Positions 1 through 9,920 of a DNA stretch of 64,000 nucleotides are shown here, piece after piece. The stretch is from Candidatus Latescibacterota bacterium (GTDB taxonomy: Bacteria; Latescibacterota; UBA2968), in the NCBI GenBank assembly GCA_965207885.1, contig OZ242311.1, positions 2,112,001 through 2,176,000 on the forward strand. Reading direction: 5' to 3'. The notes beneath the pieces are model-generated. The model saw only the letters and a program-made list of their open reading frames with translations. It was not told the origin of the DNA and did no database searches. Each line of letters starts with the position of its first letter. The first letter of the stretch is position 1. The position numbers and the translations under genes were made by a program.

Positions 1-664
1 CCGCGCCAATCAGGTAATCTGTGCCGGGGGAGGGCAGGGTCTCGAGATAGCCGCTTATATAGCGCGCGGCCAGACCCATAGCGCGGAGGCAACCGATGGC
101 CAGGTGGGCAAAGTCCTGACACACACCTTTGCGGTGTGTGAATACATCGGATAATGGCGTGGATATGGTGGTGAATCCAGGTACGTATTCAAAGTCGTTG
201 TAGATGCGTTGGGTGAGGTCGCCAACCGCTTCTATAAAGGGACGGTCTTTAGAAAATGACGGTTCTGCATATTTTGTCAACTCGGGGACGGTAGTGGCTT
301 TGGGAGAATCCAGTACAAATTGGCGCACTGAAAGAAGGTCAGGATCGGTTGTGGTTTTGAGGATGTGACACACGGTTTCCCAGGGCATATCGCTGGTCAA
401 TCGGGTTTGCGATACGATATGCACATCGCTTTCGGCTGTGACTGAGAGGATATTGTGAGGTTGTTCGATGGAAAAATAGGCGGTTCGGTTGCCAAAAAAA
501 TCTTTTCGCTCGCGAAAAGATGCTGGCTGTGGATTGATGGTGATGTGGCTATTCAAGCATGTCTGATTAAAAAAACTGCGTGGGCTCAATCGGGCTTGAT
601 TGTGAGACAGACTCACGGTCTCTGCATATTCGTAGTGGCTCTGATGTGTGATGCGATAATTCAT
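1..664 (-). CDS. Transglutaminase-like protein (3' end runs off the window)
   Basis: Not in the ORF track; read by hand. ATG at 664 overlaps the upstream TGA. Begins MNYRITHQSHYEYAETVSLSHNQARLSPR and carries the catalytic motif GVCQDFAH..GLAARYISGY. Confidence 0.9.
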   Translation of the reverse strand, partial: MNYRITHQSHYEYAETVSLSHNQARLSPRSFFNQTCLNSHITINPQPASFRERKDFFGNRTAYFSIEQPHNILSVTAESDVHIVSQTRLTSDMPWETVCHILKTTTDPDLLSVRQFVLDSPKATTVPELTKYAEPSFSKDRPFIEAVGDLTQRIYNDFEYVPGFTTISTPLSDVFTHRKGVCQDFAHLAIGCLRAMGLAARYISGYLETLPSPGTDYLIGA

Positions 665-2136
665 GCGCCAAAGTTCCGGTGTGGGTGACCGTCAATCACC
701 CAGGTGTCTTTGCTGTGTACAAATGTATGCGTAGGAACGACAAAATTGCCGCGCTCGGGTGCGCTGCGCGTGAGGCCTCCGGGCATTACTGAGTATGTAT
801 TTTGGTGGGAGACTGCAAAGGCTGTGAGGGTGGTGTAGCGAGATTCGAGGTGGCCGTTGATCAGGGAAGGTGCCGTTGCAAAGCTGACGTGTTCCAGGCC
901 TACGTAATGGGTGGGATTTGCCCTGATGCGATCGCGCCAGACTTCGCGCTCGGCACGGCTGAGCAAGGCGCCGAAGACGCGGGGGATAACGGATTGCTGA
1001 TCAATTGGACAGAGAACCAGGCTGTCGAGATGATCGAGTACATAGTTCATTTCTCGCGCTTGCCCGCACCACCAGGTGGCCACCGAGGGCAGGATGAGAT
1101 CTTCGCCCAGCAAGTGTCGTGCAATGCCGGGCAAAAAAGGCATCAAGCCCAGATTTTCGAGCATGCTACTGCCCAGGGGATTGGCAATGGCTACATGCCC
1201 ATTTCGCACGGCATTGAGCAGACCGGCAACGCCGAGTTGCGATTCTTCGTTGAGTTCCAATGGGTCGCAAAAATCGCCATTGATGCGGCGCAAAATGATA
1301 TCAACAGGATGCAAGCCATCAATGGATTTGAGCCACATGCGCCCATCGCGCACGGTGAGGTTATCGCCTTGCACAAGGGTATAATCCAGATAAGCCGAGA
1401 GATATGCATGCTCAAAATAGGCGGCGTTAAAAGGCCCCGGGGTCAGTACGACGATCCGGGGGTTTTCTTTATCGTGAGGAGCAATTTCAGATAGACCGGC
1501 CTGAAAGGTGCGAAAAAAATTAGCCAGACGTCGCACATTGCAGTTGTTGAACAAGGCGGGCATGATGCGCGACATCGTGGTTCTGTTTTCGAGCGCGTAT
1601 CCCAGGCCCGAAGGCGCCTGTGTGCGGTCGTACAAAACCCACATCTGTCCATCGGGTCCTCGCGCGAGATTGGCGGCATAGACGCGCAATTGATGCTCGG
1701 CAGGCAGAAAGATATCTTTGCAGGACCTCAAAAAACCGGCGTGATTATAGATGAGCTCAAAAGGCAACAGACCCTCTCGGATGAGTGTTTGGGGACCGTA
1801 GATGTCTTTGAGCACGAGGTTGAGCAATTCGGCGCGTTGAGACACCCCTCGCGCAATATGGGTCCAGTCATTGGCCTGAAGCAGCAGAGGTATAGGATCG
1901 AGTTCCCAGGGGTGGTGCAAGCCATCGGGATCGCCATTGTACGTAACGCCGTTTTCGCGTAGTCGCGCTTCCTGGTGGCGGCGCGCCAGTTCTTTGCTGC
2001 CCATGCGTTCTATTGCGCGAAAAAAAGGATGCCAATGGGCGCGTACTCCGTCTTTTGGATCCCACATTTCGTCGTAAGAACCGGGTTCGATGGCGTACCC
2101 TTCGAGCATAATATCGGCAATTGGGGTTTTGGACAA
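661..2136 (-). CDS. Circularly permuted type 2 ATP-grasp protein
   Basis: YDEM, WELDPIP, DRTQAPSGLGYALENR, LTPGPFNAAYFEHAYL, MPGGLTR, SKDTWV motifs. Confidence 0.9.
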   Translation of the reverse strand: MSKTPIADIMLEGYAIEPGSYDEMWDPKDGVRAHWHPFFRAIERMGSKELARRHQEARLRENGVTYNGDPDGLHHPWELDPIPLLLQANDWTHIARGVSQRAELLNLVLKDIYGPQTLIREGLLPFELIYNHAGFLRSCKDIFLPAEHQLRVYAANLARGPDGQMWVLYDRTQAPSGLGYALENRTTMSRIMPALFNNCNVRRLANFFRTFQAGLSEIAPHDKENPRIVVLTPGPFNAAYFEHAYLSAYLDYTLVQGDNLTVRDGRMWLKSIDGLHPVDIILRRINGDFCDPLELNEESQLGVAGLLNAVRNGHVAIANPLGSSMLENLGLMPFLPGIARHLLGEDLILPSVATWWCGQAREMNYVLDHLDSLVLCPIDQQSVIPRVFGALLSRAEREVWRDRIRANPTHYVGLEHVSFATAPSLINGHLESRYTTLTAFAVSHQNTYSVMPGGLTRSAPERGNFVVPTHTFVHSKDTWVIDGHPHRNFGA

Positions 2137-2158
2137 GGCTGGATCCTACGATAAAAAA

Positions 2159-2247
2159 CGCGAATCAACGAATCAACGAAAGAAGCTGGTGATGACCTTG
2201 GTGTGGTAGGGTGAGGTTCGTCTATTTGTCTATTCGTCTATTCGTTG
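2159..2247. repeat. Two inverted arrays of 8-nt units (GAATCAAC; TCGTCTAT) at a gene junction
   Basis: CGAATCAACGAATCAACGAA faces TTCGTCTATTTGTCTATTCGTCTATTCGT across a ~35-nt spacer. Confidence 0.6.
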
Positions 2248-3203
2248 GCGGTCGTGGAGGAGGGTGAAGTTGCGAAGAAGGTCTCAAATATAGCGTTGTC
2301 AAGCCGGTTGAGGCGCGTTTGAAATGCGTCGAGGTATTCGTGCAGACCCCGCGTGATGATTTCATCGATGCTGGTGTAATCCAGTTCGGCGAGCAGGCGA
2401 CCCAGTACTTGTTCAGATGTGTTTTGGAAAGAGCTTTCGGGTGTGCCTGATATGGTGTGCAAGGATTGATTGGCTCTGGAGAGACAGTATCGAATAGCGC
2501 GGGGAAATTCGCGGTTTAAGAGCAAGAAATCGACCACATTATGGGGGTCGATAGGGCCATATTGCTTGCGATACATTTCGAGGGCACTGGCAGATTTGAG
2601 CAATGCCGACCACTGGATATTGTCAAAGGGCGTGCCCACATCATCAACTTCGGGCAATAAAAAAAAGTATTTGACATCGAGGATGCGCGAGGTCTTATCG
2701 GCGCGTTCTAAGTCCCGCCCCAGTTGAGCAAATTGCCATGCTTCATTGTGAGACATGGTGTTGCGCTGAATGCCTGTGAACAGGTGACTGGCCATGATGA
2801 TATCTGTAAAGTAGGTATGGGGAGTATCCTGTGCTTGGGGTTTGTCGATGTTTTGCACCTGCAAGTAGAATTTGTTAATCTGTTCCCACATTTCCGGTGA
2901 AATAATTTCTCGGATAGAACGCGCATTTTCACGGGCGTTTTGCAAGCAGGAGATAATGGAGTTGGGGTTTATGGGACTAAATGTCAGGAAGTCAATGACG
3001 CTGGCTTGATTGTCCGTTGCGTAGTTTTCGTAGAACAGGTCTTGATCGCCTGTGGTGAGCACAAGCGGTTCCCACTGCCCTTTGGCTTCAACGGGCAAGT
3101 CGAGCATCAAGTGGCAATTGACCTCGATAAAGCGGGCGACATTTTCGGCGCGTTCAAGATAACGACTCATCCAGTAAATGGATTCTGCTGCGCGGCTTAA
3201 CAT
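2238..3203 (-). CDS. Alpha-E domain protein (DUF403)
   Basis: MLSRAAESIYWMSRYLERAENVAR, ARENARSIRE, LGRDLERAD, FPRAI: the repeated ER motifs of the alpha-E family. Confidence 0.93.
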   Translation of the reverse strand: MLSRAAESIYWMSRYLERAENVARFIEVNCHLMLDLPVEAKGQWEPLVLTTGDQDLFYENYATDNQASVIDFLTFSPINPNSIISCLQNARENARSIREIISPEMWEQINKFYLQVQNIDKPQAQDTPHTYFTDIIMASHLFTGIQRNTMSHNEAWQFAQLGRDLERADKTSRILDVKYFFLLPEVDDVGTPFDNIQWSALLKSASALEMYRKQYGPIDPHNVVDFLLLNREFPRAIRYCLSRANQSLHTISGTPESSFQNTSEQVLGRLLAELDYTSIDEIITRGLHEYLDAFQTRLNRLDNAIFETFFATSPSSTTANE

Positions 3204-3220
3204 AAGGTGGCTCGTGCGTG

Positions 3221-4702
3221 TTAGTGCGTTTGTGAAAGATACCTGGACGGGACAAATGGATCGTCGCTGTCGTATAATACCCAGGTGTCTTTGCTACCCC
3301 CGCCTTGTGAAGAGTTGACCACCAGAGATCCTTTTTTAAGAGCTACACGCGTCAGCCCACCGGGCAAGACATAAATGTCTTCGCCATTGTAGAGGACATA
3401 GGGCCGCAAATCGACATGCCTACCTTCAAAGTGGTCTTCTACCAGAATAGGGCTTCGCGAGAGTGCAATGGTGGGCTGTGCAATATAATTGCGTGGGTTT
3501 TGGGTGATGCGGTTAGCAAAGTCTTCGCGTTCGGCTCGTGTGGAATTCACGCCAATGAGCATGCCGTATCCGCCCGACTCATTCGCGGCTTTGACCACGA
3601 GGTTGTCCAGGTTTTCGAGTACATGCTGGCGTTGCTTGTCGTCCCAACAAACATAGGTGGGCACATTGGGCAGCAGGATGTCTTCGTTGAGATAATATTT
3701 GATGATTTGCGGCACATAAGCATATACGACCTTGTCGTCGGCAACACCTGTGCCGGGTGCATTTGCGATGGCTACCTGACCGTTTTTATAGACCTCCAGG
3801 AGGCCAGGTACGCCCAGCATGGAATCGGGACGAAAGACTTTTGGGTCGAGAAATTCGGCATCAATGCGCCGATAAATAACGTCAATGCGCTGGAATCCTC
3901 GGGTCGTTCGCATCGATACAGAACCATCGGCAACGACGAGGTCCCGCCCTTCGACCAATTCGACACCCATTTGTTGGGCGAGAAAGGCATGTTCAAAATA
4001 GGCCGAGTTGTAGATGCCGGGTGTGAGTAAAACGACCGTTGGGGATGTGACATGGGAAGGAGATAGAGAGCGCAGTGTGTTGAGCAATTGAGCGGGATAG
4101 TCATCGACGTGTCGCACATGAGAAGCTTCAAATACTTCCGGAAATATGCGTTTGAGAACCTCGCGATTTTCAAGCACATAAGACACGCCCGAAGGACAGC
4201 GCATGTTGTCTTCGAGGATGTAAAACTGACCGTCTCTATCGCGCACGAGGTCAATGCCGGAAATGTGACACCACACATCTTTGGTTGGCGAAAGGCCAAT
4301 GCAGGGTTTTAGAAATTCTTTGGCTGTGTCGATGACGTAGCGGGGAATGATGCCGTCTTTGAGGATTTTTTGTTCGGCGTAGATGTCGCAGAGGAAGAGG
4401 TTGAGGGCCTGAATGCGTTGCTTGAGGCCATTTTCGATGTAGGTCCAATCAGTATGAGAAACGATGCGCGGAATGATGTCGAAGGGAAAAATTTTTTCAA
4501 CGCCAGCGTCGTGGCCATACACGTTGAATGTGATGCCCATGTTCATCAAGGCCAGTTCGGCGGCCTGATGGCGTTTTTGGAGTTCGTCTTTGGAGAGTTC
4601 GCCGAGTTTTTCGAGGAGCAATCGCGCGCCGGGATGGGGCGTGTTCGGAGATTCAAAGAGTTCGTCGTAAAATCCGCCGAGTTCATAAGATGAAAAGTCC
4701 AT
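3221..4702 (-). CDS. Circularly permuted type 2 ATP-grasp protein
   Basis: [53 protein letters not shown]. Confidence 0.95.
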   Translation of the reverse strand: MDFSSYELGGFYDELFESPNTPHPGARLLLEKLGELSKDELQKRHQAAELALMNMGITFNVYGHDAGVEKIFPFDIIPRIVSHTDWTYIENGLKQRIQALNLFLCDIYAEQKILKDGIIPRYVIDTAKEFLKPCIGLSPTKDVWCHISGIDLVRDRDGQFYILEDNMRCPSGVSYVLENREVLKRIFPEVFEASHVRHVDDYPAQLLNTLRSLSPSHVTSPTVVLLTPGIYNSAYFEHAFLAQQMGVELVEGRDLVVADGSVSMRTTRGFQRIDVIYRRIDAEFLDPKVFRPDSMLGVPGLLEVYKNGQVAIANAPGTGVADDKVVYAYVPQIIKYYLNEDILLPNVPTYVCWDDKQRQHVLENLDNLVVKAANESGGYGMLIGVNSTRAEREDFANRITQNPRNYIAQPTIALSRSPILVEDHFEGRHVDLRPYVLYNGEDIYVLPGGLTRVALKKGSLVVNSSQGGGSKDTWVLYDSDDPFVPSRYLSQTH

Positions 4703-4751
4703 GTGTTCACCATCCAGCAAAAGAACGGCTTACGTGACGTGGCGACAAAAA

Positions 4752-4780
4752 ATAATAAGGCGGTGGAGAGCACCTGTCAA
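4752..4780 (-). promoter_or_regulatory. Sigma70-type promoter for the ATP-grasp operon
   Basis: TTGACA-17 nt-TATTAT on the minus strand, ~50 nt upstream of the ATG at 4702. Confidence 0.6.
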
Positions 4781-4850
4781 TTGTTTTTTGGGTAGAACGA
4801 CGGGTCGGGATTTTAGGATGAGCAGGATGATAGGCGGGAGGTATCCGCAG

Positions 4851-4877
4851 GCATGTCCCTGCAGGTGTAAGCAGGGA
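4851..4877 (+). repeat. GCATGTCCCTGC-loop-GCAGGGA mini-palindrome (REP-like unit)
   Basis: Same arms as the hairpins at 14629-14651 and 46993-47015, with a different loop (AGGTGTAA). Confidence 0.6.
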
Positions 4878-4929
4878 TGGACGCAGAACCATCACATTGA
4901 CCACGTACTGCAATTGTAGTATATTTTTT

Positions 4930-6126
4930 TAAAGTACACGACAAAAAATAAAAGACCTGTGCAAAACGTGAAAAAGAGTTAGGTTTGAATGTGTGAAAAC
5001 GAACCTTCTCATCTCAACAAGGCACAGGTCTATGTCTCGTCAAGTTATACAACTTCACCATGTATTGCAAGGCCATTTTGGGTGGCATAAAGCACGCATC
5101 ACTTTCACAGCGGCCTTCATCTTGTCTTTGGTCAAGCTGAGCAGGGTCAACTTCGCCAAATTGGCTAATGCGCTAAATGGACAGGTCAAACCGCAATCAA
5201 ATTACCGCAGGATACAGCGTTTTTTCGCTGAGTTTGACATTCCTTATGAAGCCGTGACGCGACTGATCTTGCACTTATTACCTATAAAGACCGATTTTGC
5301 AGTCTCAATAGATCGCACTAATTGGAAGTTAGGCAAATTCAATATCAACATCCTAACCGCAGGCATTATCTATGAAGGGGTCGCCTTTCCTATGTGTTGG
5401 CACTTGTTAAAAAAACGAGGCAATTCCAATAGTGATGAGCGTATCAATTTGATGAAACAGGTGCTTACGCGCATTCCCAAGTCTCATATCCGCGTTGTAT
5501 TGGCAGATAGAGAATTCATTGGAAGAGAATGGTTTGCGTGGTTAGACACACAAAACATCCCTTTTGTCATCCGCATCAAGGAAAATGCCCTTGTCTCAAG
5601 GGCAGATAGAGAGATACCCATAAAAAAACTCTTTGAAAATTTGCACATCCATCAGCAGGTCAGCCTACAAAGACCTCGCCGCGTTTATGACCTACCTGTG
5701 TATGTGTCTGCGCTAAGATTGAAGGATCAATACCTCATTCTTGCAAGCAACCAACAACGTCAAGTCGCATTGGAGGTGTATAAAAAACGTTGGGGCATTG
5801 AAGTCCTTTTTGCAAATTTGAAAAGTCGAGGATTTAATCTGGAAGAGACCCACCTTATACATCAAGATCGCATTGAAAAACTCATCGCGCTTTTGGCTAT
5901 TGCCTGCACCTGGGCCCATATCATCGGCGAATGGATCGCCCTTACAAAACCTTTGAAGGTCAAAAACCACGGACGGATGGAAAAAAGTCTCTTCCGATAT
6001 GGGTTGGACTATTTGCAGTATGTCCTGCTCAATATACACCAACAAGCCCAGCAGTTCCTCAAATGCATTCGTTTACTGATTAATCCGCCAGATTTTAACC
6101 CGATTTAGGTTTTGTCGTGTACTATG
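4930..6126 (+). mobile_element. Complete IS4-family insertion sequence
   Basis: Terminal IRs with core AGTACACGACAAAA (4933-4946, inverted copy 6110-6123); 9-bp TSD ATATTTTTT at 4921-4929 and 6127-6135; lower GC than the flanks. Confidence 0.92.
5032..6108 (+). CDS. IS4-family DDE transposase
   Basis: SIDRTNW, LADREF, YKKRWGIEVLFANLKSRGF (YREK motif). The track start at 4993 (GTG) is an alternative. Confidence 0.93.
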   Translation: MSRQVIQLHHVLQGHFGWHKARITFTAAFILSLVKLSRVNFAKLANALNGQVKPQSNYRRIQRFFAEFDIPYEAVTRLILHLLPIKTDFAVSIDRTNWKLGKFNINILTAGIIYEGVAFPMCWHLLKKRGNSNSDERINLMKQVLTRIPKSHIRVVLADREFIGREWFAWLDTQNIPFVIRIKENALVSRADREIPIKKLFENLHIHQQVSLQRPRRVYDLPVYVSALRLKDQYLILASNQQRQVALEVYKKRWGIEVLFANLKSRGFNLEETHLIHQDRIEKLIALLAIACTWAHIIGEWIALTKPLKVKNHGRMEKSLFRYGLDYLQYVLLNIHQQAQQFLKCIRLLINPPDFNPI

Positions 6127-6202
6127 ATATTTTTTATTGAATCGTAAAATGCGGTTTTAGTCTATTATTTTTTTCTACTTCAGGTCATTATTTTGAGGGG
6201 GT

Positions 6203-8056
6203 ATGGTTATGGCTATCGCTACTCAAAGTTTCCAGGATCGACTGATGGACGGGGATATGACTCTGGATGTTTCTCCGGAGGTGGATCCGGGCAATCTGGT
6301 GTATCACAAATTGTGCTCTGCTGATGATTTTGAAGAAGGCGAAGGGAAGCCGTTTACGGTGGAGGGCACCCACATCGCCGTTTTCCGCTACGAGGGGGAG
6401 TTCAATGCGGTAGATAACCGCTGTCCGCACATGGGATATCCGATGTCCGAGGGCAGCGTTCGGGACGGGGTCCTGATCTGTCACTGGCACCACTGGGAGT
6501 TCGACCTTAAGACGGGCGGTTGTTTCATAACCTCTGGAGCTGGAAACGATCTGAAGAGCTTTCCCGTGGAGGTGCGGGATGACGGATGTCTGTACGTGGG
6601 GCTTGCGCCGGGCGAAAAAGAGGCGGCCAGACGCCGACAGATTGACCGGGGGAAGTATATTCTTGAGCAGGGTTTGAAAGATCGGAGCTCGCTCCTGATT
6701 GCCAAGGCGATTACCGCGCTAAAGGCTGCGGGTGCCACGCCGCAGGAGATGATCCAGCAGGGACTTTTTTACGGGGCATATAAATCGAATGAGGGTTGGT
6801 CATCGGGAGTGGCCATTTTGACGCTGGCTGCAAATATGTGGGAAGATGTGGGCGAGAGGGACCACAATCTTTTCCTGGTCCACGGGCTGACACAGATTTC
6901 CAGACGCACATCAGGGGGTTCGCGGCGGCAGGGTTTCCCTTTGCCCAAAACATCGGACGAACCGGACCTGGCGACCCTCAAACGCTGGTTCCGGCGGCTG
7001 GTGGATCAGCGCAGCAGCAGCGCTGCACAGCGTATTCTGATGACCCTGTACGACCGTGGATATTCACCAGAAGAGATTGCGGATATCGTTTTTACCACGG
7101 CGACGGATTTCTATTTTACCGGGGACGGTCACGCGCTCGATTTCGCGAATAAGATGTTCGAGGCCTTAGATTATGTAGATTGGGAAGGGGCGAATGAGAT
7201 TTTGCGACCGATTGTGGTAGATTTAGTGGGCAGGGAACGACACGAGGAGACCGCCCGGTGGGAAGACAGCGTGCCGGTCCTGGAAGATATTTTCACCCGT
7301 CTGGACGGGATGTGGGAAGCGAACCAGGAAAACGAGGCACCGCTGGATATTTCTGCTTTTACGCAGACGCTGCTGGGGGAGGAGTTTGAGCCGATTGTCG
7401 CCGAGATCGAAGACAAATTGCGCGAAGGTGTGAAGCCCACGGATATCTGCCGGGCGATGACCTATGCCGGGGCCATCCGCACAGCGCGGTTCCACCTCAA
7501 GAACGAGGGGGACTGGCACGATGTGGCGAATATTTACTCTTATGCCCATGCCCTCTATCGCGCTTTCCACCTGGCGCCGAGCGCAGAGCTTTTACGCGGC
7601 ATTTTCCACGGCGCTGTGTTTATGACCTATTTGCGCTGGCTCAACATGCCAGCGGCCCGCCTGCCCAGGGAAGGACAGCGGCTGAACGAGACGTTCGCGT
7701 CTGAGGACAAGATGTTGGACCGGCTACAGGAGTTTGCGGATTTCCAGAAGGTCTTCGAGGCTGAGGTGCTGGTAAGCCAGTACCTGGAGGAAGGATACGA
7801 TATCACGAAACTCAGGCATACTTTGGCCCATATTATGCTGCGCGAGGATGCGGAGTTGCACATGTTCCAGGTGCTGGAGGTGGCGTTCCGGCACTACGAC
7901 CTGTCGGACGATCCGAAGGAGAAGCGTATGCACCTGCTGGCGGCGACCCGGTATATTACCGCCCAGAAGGTGATGAAGGGAATTCTGTGGTCCACGGAGA
8001 ACGCGGAGCGGCTGCAGCGCGGGGAACTGCTAAGCGAGCGGGATGATGATAATTAG
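6203..8056 (+). CDS. Rieske [2Fe-2S] domain protein with large helical C-terminal region
   Basis: NRCPHMG and CHWHHWEFDL Rieske ligands; ~470-aa C-terminal region of unknown function. Confidence 0.85.
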   Translation: MVMAIATQSFQDRLMDGDMTLDVSPEVDPGNLVYHKLCSADDFEEGEGKPFTVEGTHIAVFRYEGEFNAVDNRCPHMGYPMSEGSVRDGVLICHWHHWEFDLKTGGCFITSGAGNDLKSFPVEVRDDGCLYVGLAPGEKEAARRRQIDRGKYILEQGLKDRSSLLIAKAITALKAAGATPQEMIQQGLFYGAYKSNEGWSSGVAILTLAANMWEDVGERDHNLFLVHGLTQISRRTSGGSRRQGFPLPKTSDEPDLATLKRWFRRLVDQRSSSAAQRILMTLYDRGYSPEEIADIVFTTATDFYFTGDGHALDFANKMFEALDYVDWEGANEILRPIVVDLVGRERHEETARWEDSVPVLEDIFTRLDGMWEANQENEAPLDISAFTQTLLGEEFEPIVAEIEDKLREGVKPTDICRAMTYAGAIRTARFHLKNEGDWHDVANIYSYAHALYRAFHLAPSAELLRGIFHGAVFMTYLRWLNMPAARLPREGQRLNETFASEDKMLDRLQEFADFQKVFEAEVLVSQYLEEGYDITKLRHTLAHIMLREDAELHMFQVLEVAFRHYDLSDDPKEKRMHLLAATRYITAQKVMKGILWSTENAERLQRGELLSERDDDN

Positions 8057-8091
8057 GCCAAGGGGCAAGGTGAAGGCATAGGGCTGAACAG

Positions 8092-8125
8092 GCAGTAGCA
8101 GGCAACATCCTGCTACTGCTTTTTT
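8092..8125 (+). terminator. Rho-independent terminator
   Basis: Perfect 11-bp stem GCAGTAGCAGG/CCTGCTACTGC followed by T6. Confidence 0.85.
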
Positions 8126-8137
8126 GTGTGCCACTCA

Positions 8138-9133
8138 CTATCTGATCGATAGAAATTTTCCACCTTGTCGCGCCGATTCTTCGGCTGTGATGCAGGCATT
8201 GGCAACGGCGAGGGTATCGTCTGTTGAGATTGAGTTTTCTTCGCCACGCGAGAGTGCATCGATCATATTTTCGACAAATGCGTGATTAGTTGAGGGAGGG
8301 AGTTTGGGTTCGTAAGTGCCCGATTTGTTGGAGACAATGAGCACGTGATCGTCGGCATAGGCACGCAAGTGTGCCGAACCTTCGGTGCCCATAATAATGA
8401 ATCGCGTGTCGCCAAAAGATCGCGCATCGTTTGGGGTGAGCCAATCGGCAGTGGCGGTGGCCAGTGCGCCATTGTCGAGTTGAAACGAAGCCTGGACGTG
8501 ATCGAATATGAGGCCCGTGTCGATGTGTTTTTTGAGTGTGCCGAGCGCGTGAACACCTGTGTATTCTGCGCCGGTGAGCCAGCGAACCTGGTCCACCCCG
8601 TGGCCTGCCAGGTCGTGGAATGTACCCACATATTTGTCAGCATCGAAGTAGAGTGCAGGGGGATTGGCGCCGAGTTTGTGCGGATGTGTGGTGATGAGGC
8701 TTACGAGGTCACCCAAATCGCCGTTTTGAATCGCCTGTCTCAATGCGATAAAGGCTCCATAACTACGAGATGTGAAAAAGGTCGAGAGTTTGATATTGTT
8801 TTTTGCAACAGCAGTTTTGATGCGTTGTAATTCTTCCGTCGTTCGGCAGAGCGGTTTGTCGAGTAGCATGTGGACGCTGGCTGCCGCGCACGTTTCAATG
8901 ACAGGCGTTTTTTCGTGATGCTCGAGACCCTCAATTACCAGATCGGGTTTTGCTTTTTCAAGCATCTGGTCGAGTGTGGCAAAGCGGGTGATGTTGTGGC
9001 CTGCGGTATATTTTTCGCAAAGCGCGTCATCGGATTCTACAATGCCGACGATTTCGCTATTTGGCGCATTGACTGCCGAGTGAAACATACCACTTATATG
9101 TCCGTAGTGCATGCCCATAATACCGATTTTCAT
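8138..9133 (-). CDS. Gfo/Idh/MocA family oxidoreductase
   Basis: N-terminal Rossmann fold (MKIGIMGM), LLDKP (EKP-like), DLAGHGVD motif. Confidence 0.88.
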   Translation of the reverse strand: MKIGIMGMHYGHISGMFHSAVNAPNSEIVGIVESDDALCEKYTAGHNITRFATLDQMLEKAKPDLVIEGLEHHEKTPVIETCAAASVHMLLDKPLCRTTEELQRIKTAVAKNNIKLSTFFTSRSYGAFIALRQAIQNGDLGDLVSLITTHPHKLGANPPALYFDADKYVGTFHDLAGHGVDQVRWLTGAEYTGVHALGTLKKHIDTGLIFDHVQASFQLDNGALATATADWLTPNDARSFGDTRFIIMGTEGSAHLRAYADDHVLIVSNKSGTYEPKLPPSTNHAFVENMIDALSRGEENSISTDDTLAVANACITAEESARQGGKFLSIR

Positions 9134-9146
9134 AATAGCGTCCTTC

Positions 9147-9920
9147 CTACGCTCGCCACCTGTGCGATTCGAGCACCATATGTGTTAAAAAAAGAAAAAA
9201 AGCCGCAGCACTAATAAAAAATACCACGTCGTGGGTATCGACAACACCGTGAATCATGTCTCGGGTGTGTTCGATGAGGGAGAGAGATTTCAAAATAATA
9301 AAAAATATGTCGCTGGCAAAACGCGCGGCCCAGTCGATAATCCACAATAGAATTAGAAAGAAAAAAGACAACACAGCCGCTATAATCTGATTTTCGGTCA
9401 AAGACGACGCCAAAATGCCCACACTGATAAATGTGGCGCCAATCAGCACTACAGCCAGCGCACCGGAAAAAACGGGCCCCCAGTCTAATTGCGCATGCAT
9501 AGACAATACGCCAATATAGCCGAAGGCCATCGCTTCGATTAGCAAATACAATACATAACAAGCGAGAAATTTTCCTATCAAAATTTGTGCTGAAGTAATC
9601 GGTGAGGTCATCAACAACTCATACGTACCCCCGCGTTTTTCCTCAGCGTAGAGACGCATCGTGAGCATTGGAATCACGATCATCCAGATAAAAGTCTGAA
9701 ATTCAAAAAATGGTGTGACAACCTCTGTATTGACGTTTAGTAGAATTTTTTCTTCGCGTTCTGCCAATTTCAGATATACGGTCATATCGTGAAATTCGAG
9801 CAACTGGTTGCGAAAAACAAAGCCACTAAATAGCAAAAACACACCGGCCATTACGTATGCAATTGACGAGCCAAAATACGACCGCATCTCTTTGCCAAAA
9901 ATCGCCATTACATTACCCAT
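9147..9920 (-). CDS. ABC-2 transporter permease (GldF-like)
   Basis: KEMRSYFGSSIAY, LTMRLYAEEKRGGTYELLMTSP, SSLTENQIIAA; multiple TM segments. Confidence 0.88.
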   Translation of the reverse strand: MGNVMAIFGKEMRSYFGSSIAYVMAGVFLLFSGFVFRNQLLEFHDMTVYLKLAEREEKILLNVNTEVVTPFFEFQTFIWMIVIPMLTMRLYAEEKRGGTYELLMTSPITSAQILIGKFLACYVLYLLIEAMAFGYIGVLSMHAQLDWGPVFSGALAVVLIGATFISVGILASSLTENQIIAAVLSFFFLILLWIIDWAARFASDIFFIILKSLSLIEHTRDMIHGVVDTHDVVFFISAAAFFLFLTHMVLESHRWRA

